A stretch of 64,000 nt of DNA from Azolla caroliniana (Eukaryota; Plantae; Polypodiophyta), in the NCBI GenBank assembly GCA_043228905.1, contig JBHGNT010000020.1, forward strand, positions 8,680,001-8,744,000, given 5' to 3'. Below are positions 59,601 through 64,000 of this stretch, piece after piece. The notes below the pieces were generated by a model. The model did not search any database, was not told the DNA's origin, and saw only the letters and a program-made list of their open reading frames with translations. The translations under genes and the position numbers were made by a program. Each line of letters starts with the position of its first letter. Position 1 is the first letter of the stretch.

Positions 59601-62019
59601 GACGGCGAAATGGGATACCGACTCTGGGACCCCGAACGCAGACAAATCGTTCGAAGTTCGGACGTTGTGTTCAACGAGTCGGCTATGAATCCATCAGTCG
59701 AAAAACCGATCGAAGTCCGAAGGGTAACATTTTCCGATGTGCCGACCCTTCCAGAAGGCCCTGCTCTCAACACACGGTCAGCTTCACGGGTAGCTGAACC
59801 TTACACCACCGACTCGGACAACTCCGACTCGGCACAGCAGAACAATCCGCTTTCGGACCATCCGACCTCGATACCCGATGCGACCAGTCCAATCATACCT
59901 CGACGATCCGAGAGACTGTCGCAACCTCCGGAGAGGTACTCTCCTGGAATTTTCTTCACCGACGCCGGCGAACCGACGTCTTACGAAGAAGCATCGACAT
60001 CTGTCGATTCCGCCACCTGGCATCTGGCGATGGAGTCGGAAATGCACTCCATTCGGGCAAACAAGACTTGGGACCTGGTCGAATTACCTAAGAATCGACG
60101 TGCTCTTCCTTGCAAGTGGGTTTATCGACTGAAAGAGACGTCTGATTCGACCACCCCAAAGTACAAGGCCAGATTAGTTGCGAAGGGCTTCCGACAAGAA
60201 TATGGCGTCGACTTCGACGAGATTTTTTCACCAGTGGTGAAAATGACAACCCTTCGTTTTCTACTCGGCGTCGTGGCAGCCGACAACCTGGAGCTGATCC
60301 AGCTAGATGTCAAAACAGCATTCCTCCATGGTGATCTCGAGGAGGAAATTTATATGGAGCAGCCAAAAGGCTTCGTGGCCACTGGCCAAGAACATCTAGT
60401 CTGCCGACTCAGGAAGAGTCTATACGGCCTCAAACAGGCACCGCGACAATGGTACAAGAAGTTCGACGACTTCATCCAATCGATCGGCTTCTCCAAAAGC
60501 GATGAGGACCATTGTCTCTTCACCAACACAGCTCAAGATGGATCACCCATCTTCCTCATCATTTACGTGGACGACATGCTAATTTCTGGACGCCACGCGG
60601 GCGAACTTGCCGATCTCGTTCGGCAACTGCGGTTGAAGTTTGCAATGAAGGACCTCGGTCCGGCACGCCACATACTCGGCATGAAGATTAGTCGGCATCG
60701 CGATAAACGACATCTTTTTTTGTCTCAGACCGACTATATCCGACGTGTCTTGGAACGCTTCAACATGCAATCAGCCAAATCTGCTTCAACCCCGCTCCCA
60801 ATGAATCTTCGGCTCTCTCAGCGAGACTGCCCGACATCCGGCCCGGAGGGGGAAGATATGAAGTCGGTACCATATGCACCGGCAGTCGGCTCCCTTATGT
60901 ACCTGATGGTCGCGACACGGCCTGATATTTCTCACGCCGTAGGAGTCGTTAGCAGATTTATGCACAACCCTGGCCGATCGCATTGGAACGCAGTCAAGCA
61001 TGTGTTCAGATATCTGGCTGGCACAAAAGACCACGGCATTCTTTTCGGTCCGAACCGAACCTCAGGCGTAGTCGGTTACACCGACTCGGACTTCGCCGGT
61101 TGTATAGACAGTCGGAAATCAACAACCGGATACTGCTTCAAATTCGGCAATGGAGCAATCTCGTGGAAGTCGAAACTTCAGGAGTGCACAGCGACCTCAA
61201 CGACCGAAGCAGAATATGTAGCTGCGTCCGACGCAGCAAAAGAAGCTTTGTGGCTCGGTCGGCTGGCGCACACGTTTCGACAAGTCGACCATGACTCGGC
61301 TCCAGTTGTCTACAGCGACAGTCAAGGTGCTGTTGCCTTGTCGAAAAATCCGGTTCACCACAACGCCTCCAAACATATCGACGTTCGATATCACTTCGTT
61401 CGGGACTGCGTCATTTCAGGGAAAATCGGTCTAGAGAAAATATCCACAACCGACAATGTCGCAGATGGAATGACCAAATGTCTTTCGGCAGACCGTTTTC
61501 GGTCTCTTCGGCATCAGATGGGCGTAACGACAAACCAGTCCGGTTAGAGCCGGACACAGAGCAGGATGGTTCCCGACAACCGACATCAGTTCCTTAATGA
61601 TCGGCTTCAACTGTTCCGACCCGACCAGTTCGGTCTTCTGCCTTCGGACCCTGCCGACTGGAACAAAGCTGATGTGTCCGAGAACCTAAGTCTATACCTG
61701 TAATCTTAGATAACCCATGTATACGCCCATTACGGGGGAGTGTCGAATACATGTGTATAATGGACGTATTCACACTATCCCGTTTTGGCCATTTATGTAA
61801 TTAGCATAAAGGGTAGTTGCCCTAAGTCGGTCACTATATATAGTGACCTTGTAACCTCTTTGTGAGGTTGGATGTTGTATTATTGCTTTATGAAATAAAG
61901 ACTCTTTTGTGTCTCTCTCTCTCTCTCTCTGTGCAACGACCTAGAAACAGCCATACGCAGGGAATAAACAGGAATCGAAAGACATTTGATCTTCCGCACT
62001 GACGACATTGCTTCTAACA
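56614..62019 (+). mobile_element. Copia C: very young, intact Ty1/Copia
   Basis: 279-bp LTRs 56614-56892 and 61741-62019 with one difference seen. PBS TGGTATCAGAGC at 56895-56906; PPT GGGGGAG before 61741. No TSD. Confidence 0.96.
57534..61547 (+). CDS. Copia C gag-pol polyprotein, uninterrupted (~1337 aa)
   Basis: CNYCKKPGH, WLLDSGAS, integrase HHCC/DDE, IYVDDML and RNase H in a single ORF. Confidence 0.95.
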   Translation: MASTSGSSEMSLRKFDGSNFNFWKEQMQDYLIVKGQIDPIENEEPPEGYKPIEWQKLDRIVRATIRMHLSESVYFTVQSCTTAFELWKTLSDTYEKKVAATKMFLIRRLYNLRMKESDSVQAHLNEYESISSQISSQGTAIEDELRAMILMSSLPSSWETFVTTVCNASTTAVKYSEVTSAILTEAARRKSFAKDSTDDAYVVQGSTDRSNIRGRDSSRPPNNQRRRSQSRDNRICNYCKKPGHIKADCRALKNKNNKKSGRHEEINYVSSSADVLPDDPNILSIENPVGSEVLLTTEESSTWLLDSGASFHVTPHRSQFRQYTIRHSDSVRVGNSQHCDIIGIGTVELNLAGGSTLVLHNVRHVPELSRPLISVGQLDEDGIRAGFSSGGWTLHRGNLLLARGPKIHSLYPLHVTLREGNLFLVDIPVSSLWHRRLGHLSKAGITHLSRAGYIPKLSFSDHQFCEHCQYGKQAAASHPTSAPRETSPLDLVHSDVCGPMPHQSLGGASYFVTFIDDSTRKVWAYPIRTKDRVFSIFSDWLAMVENQTDRKLKCFRTDNGGEFKSEEFVKFCRQRGIRREFTAPHSPEQNGIAERMNRTIQERIVSMLQHSGLSDGFWAEALLTAAHIINMSPSRPLGLQIPQELWIGSKPNYDKLRIFGCEAYALIPKDDRRKLAPRSRKCIFLGYGSDGEMGYRLWDPERRQIVRSSDVVFNESAMNPSVEKPIEVRRVTFSDVPTLPEGPALNTRSASRVAEPYTTDSDNSDSAQQNNPLSDHPTSIPDATSPIIPRRSERLSQPPERYSPGIFFTDAGEPTSYEEASTSVDSATWHLAMESEMHSIRANKTWDLVELPKNRRALPCKWVYRLKETSDSTTPKYKARLVAKGFRQEYGVDFDEIFSPVVKMTTLRFLLGVVAADNLELIQLDVKTAFLHGDLEEEIYMEQPKGFVATGQEHLVCRLRKSLYGLKQAPRQWYKKFDDFIQSIGFSKSDEDHCLFTNTAQDGSPIFLIIYVDDMLISGRHAGELADLVRQLRLKFAMKDLGPARHILGMKISRHRDKRHLFLSQTDYIRRVLERFNMQSAKSASTPLPMNLRLSQRDCPTSGPEGEDMKSVPYAPAVGSLMYLMVATRPDISHAVGVVSRFMHNPGRSHWNAVKHVFRYLAGTKDHGILFGPNRTSGVVGYTDSDFAGCIDSRKSTTGYCFKFGNGAISWKSKLQECTATSTTEAEYVAASDAAKEALWLGRLAHTFRQVDHDSAPVVYSDSQGAVALSKNPVHHNASKHIDVRYHFVRDCVISGKIGLEKISTTDNVADGMTKCLSADRFRSLRHQMGVTTNQSG

Positions 62020-62169
62020 TCTTGCATATAATGGAAGCCCGAATTGGTTTGTTTTAAATGTCAAGTCGATTGCCCAAGAGTTGTTTAGGGTCAACCGCTC
62101 ACACATTTCCAACATCCATTGTTTAATCCATTGTTTAGGGTCCACCGCTCACACACATCAAATAGGTCA

Positions 62170-62935
62170 TCTTTGCAACAACTTATGACATTGGGGTGTG
62201 CTGGCAAATGGTACACATCTTCTTCATCATCTTCTTCTTCACAGAAAGGCCCTTCTTTCAACCTCACAATGCATTATTTGGCTTTCATTGATTGATCCTG
62301 AGTTGCAACATGCTTTGAGAATGCTTATAAATGTAACAATATTAAGGAAGATACCATTAGATTGCATCTTTTCAAAGCATTCAACTGCTTCTTCAGATTT
62401 TCCATATGTAACTTCTCACCCATTCTTCTCAACATAGAGGTACAATTCTCAAGCTTAGATCTTCTTTGACCCATTTGATTCATCTCCTCTTCTTTCCTTT
62501 TTAAGGCCTCAATGCATCTAAGAAGAGAATTTCTGACCGCATTGAAGACGAGAATCTCCCAATTTCACAACTCGATCAAATAAATTCCTTGCCTCTTCTA
62601 AGCTTTCACAGGTCGAATACAGGTTGACTAGTGCATTTCCAATGATAACATCTGACTCCAGACCATTTTTGAGAATTTGATCATAAATCAGTTGTCCTTC
62701 TAAAGCTCCGATCATTGTGCATGACTTTAGAACAGATGAGAATATAAAGCTACTAGGTTTTACGTGCTTCTTTTGCATTTTCTCAAATACCAATAATGCC
62801 AAGAGTCCATAGCCATTCTGGCCATATCCAACAATGAGAGAACCCCACAAGACAACATCTTTCTTCGGTGAGATGTCAAATAATTTCTGAGCCTCTTCAA
62901 TAGCTCCATGATTCGAATACAGTAACTCAAATGTT
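62170..62935 (-). pseudogene. Fragmented PLS-PPR pseudogene
   Basis: WGSLIVGYGQNG...FSSVLKSC...GNALVNLYSTCESLEEARNLFD, and a second piece EAVECFEKMQSNGIFLNIVTFISILKAC; frameshifts present. Confidence 0.75.
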
Positions 62936-63506
62936 TATTTTCATTTTCTTTTGTCAAACAACAATCATGAAGAGTGAAACAACAAAGATTCTGCATTTAT
63001 ATCTAATTTTAGACGAATTTCTTCCTTTTTCCCATACAATAACATTCCGCACGAAAGAACAATAGTTTCCACATAGTTACTACTATATTTCTCTCATATA
63101 AGAACAACGACTACCAGCATTAGACATACATAAGGATAATTAGCAAAAGCACAAAGAACATTGTACAATAGCTACTAATCTTAGATGAATTTATTCTTAG
63201 TTTCACTCATACAAAACAAAAGTATTTACTGCCAATCTCAAATGAATTTTTTTCCAATTTTTTTCTTATAACAAATCATCGTAATGATTCTTACTACTAA
63301 TTTCACATAAACCTCTTCCATTCCTTTCCCGTACGAAACTAGTTACAATGAAATCCTTACCTGTCCATCTCTTACTTATACACAAGAACATCAAATACGT
63401 GTAATTCCAAATTTTACCAATCTAATACAAAAAGTTTAATTCCAAAAATATCCACAAAGTCAAATATATCTATCGAGTCAACAAAATATCTAATAATGCA
63501 CAATCA

Positions 63507-64000
63507 TCACTGAATTGGGGCCCTACAACTGCGAGCATTGTGTCCTTTCCCACGGCACCTTCCACAACGATGTTCTTTCTTCTTTGTGCCTTCTTCTATT
63601 GTGCGTATACGTTTGGTTTTTGGACGTCCCGGAGGTCTTCGTGTGGCTGGTGGTAACATGCCTGGAACAAAATTATCATGCGTAACAACAACAGGAAATA
63701 TTGACTCCTTGTAAGTATCACAATATGATTGCAACAAATATGCCTTGTGTGCAAAAGATTGAACTCTTTCTTTTCGAAACAAAATAGCGGCCGCTGCATG
63801 TGCACAAGGTAACCCCATATCCTGCCATTGTCCACAAGTACATATCTTCTTATCCACATAAACAATCCTAACATGTTTCGGAGTATGGATCTCAAAAACA
63901 TCATTAGTAGATGGCAAAATACGATATAGTCTTCCATGTTGTATGGATTCTCTAATGAATTTCTCTGCATATCCAACCAATGCATTACGTGTTATCTCTC
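63507..64000 (-). mobile_element. C-terminal part of a MuDR/MULE transposase, continuing beyond the window
   Basis: SWIM CTCGQWQDMGLPCAHA, PP..RRPPGRPKTKRI, and zinc knuckle CGRCRGKGHNARSC before the stop. Confidence 0.88.

Larger units (their letters stand above)
54570..62160 (-). mobile_element. Degenerate Mutator-like (MULE/SWIM) element, interrupted by Copia C
   Basis: Minus-strand WAIDLTFKTNQFGLPLYA | IVAPNPMGIGI across the Copia; SWIM finger CSYCDCQD...CKHL (55374-55850). ~53-bp subterminal tandem repeats at 54668-54790. Ends not resolved. Confidence 0.7.

Overview
Eukaryotic land-plant nuclear DNA, most likely a fern or other non-seed plant. This is inferred from the PLS-PPR style, a self-priming chromovirus and large TE-filled introns. 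Host genes: the last exon of a PP2A B' subunit (+), a 12-exon MFSD12-like transporter (+), an intronless PLS-E PPR gene (-), a TAAC/EAAC-like ADP/ATP carrier (-) and a PPR pseudogene fragment. The rest is mostly transposons. Positions ~8.5-30.7 kb form a four-level nest: old Copia A > chromovirus Gypsy > TIR DNA transposon > young Copia B. The stand-out object is the TIR element at 10141-24502 (~9 kb without the nested Copia). It has 36-bp TIRs, sits in a TTAA site, and the empty site is preserved in the sister LTR. It carries two divergent, apparently intact genes: a Sola-like DDD transposase (926 aa) and a 6-exon, 974-aa protein fusing a ParB/Srx-like domain to a prokaryotic beta-class N6A/N4C DNA methyltransferase. 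Intron 1 of the second gene holds five 25-bp palindromes, mostly at 51-bp spacing. All calls come from manual reading of motifs; no database searches were run.
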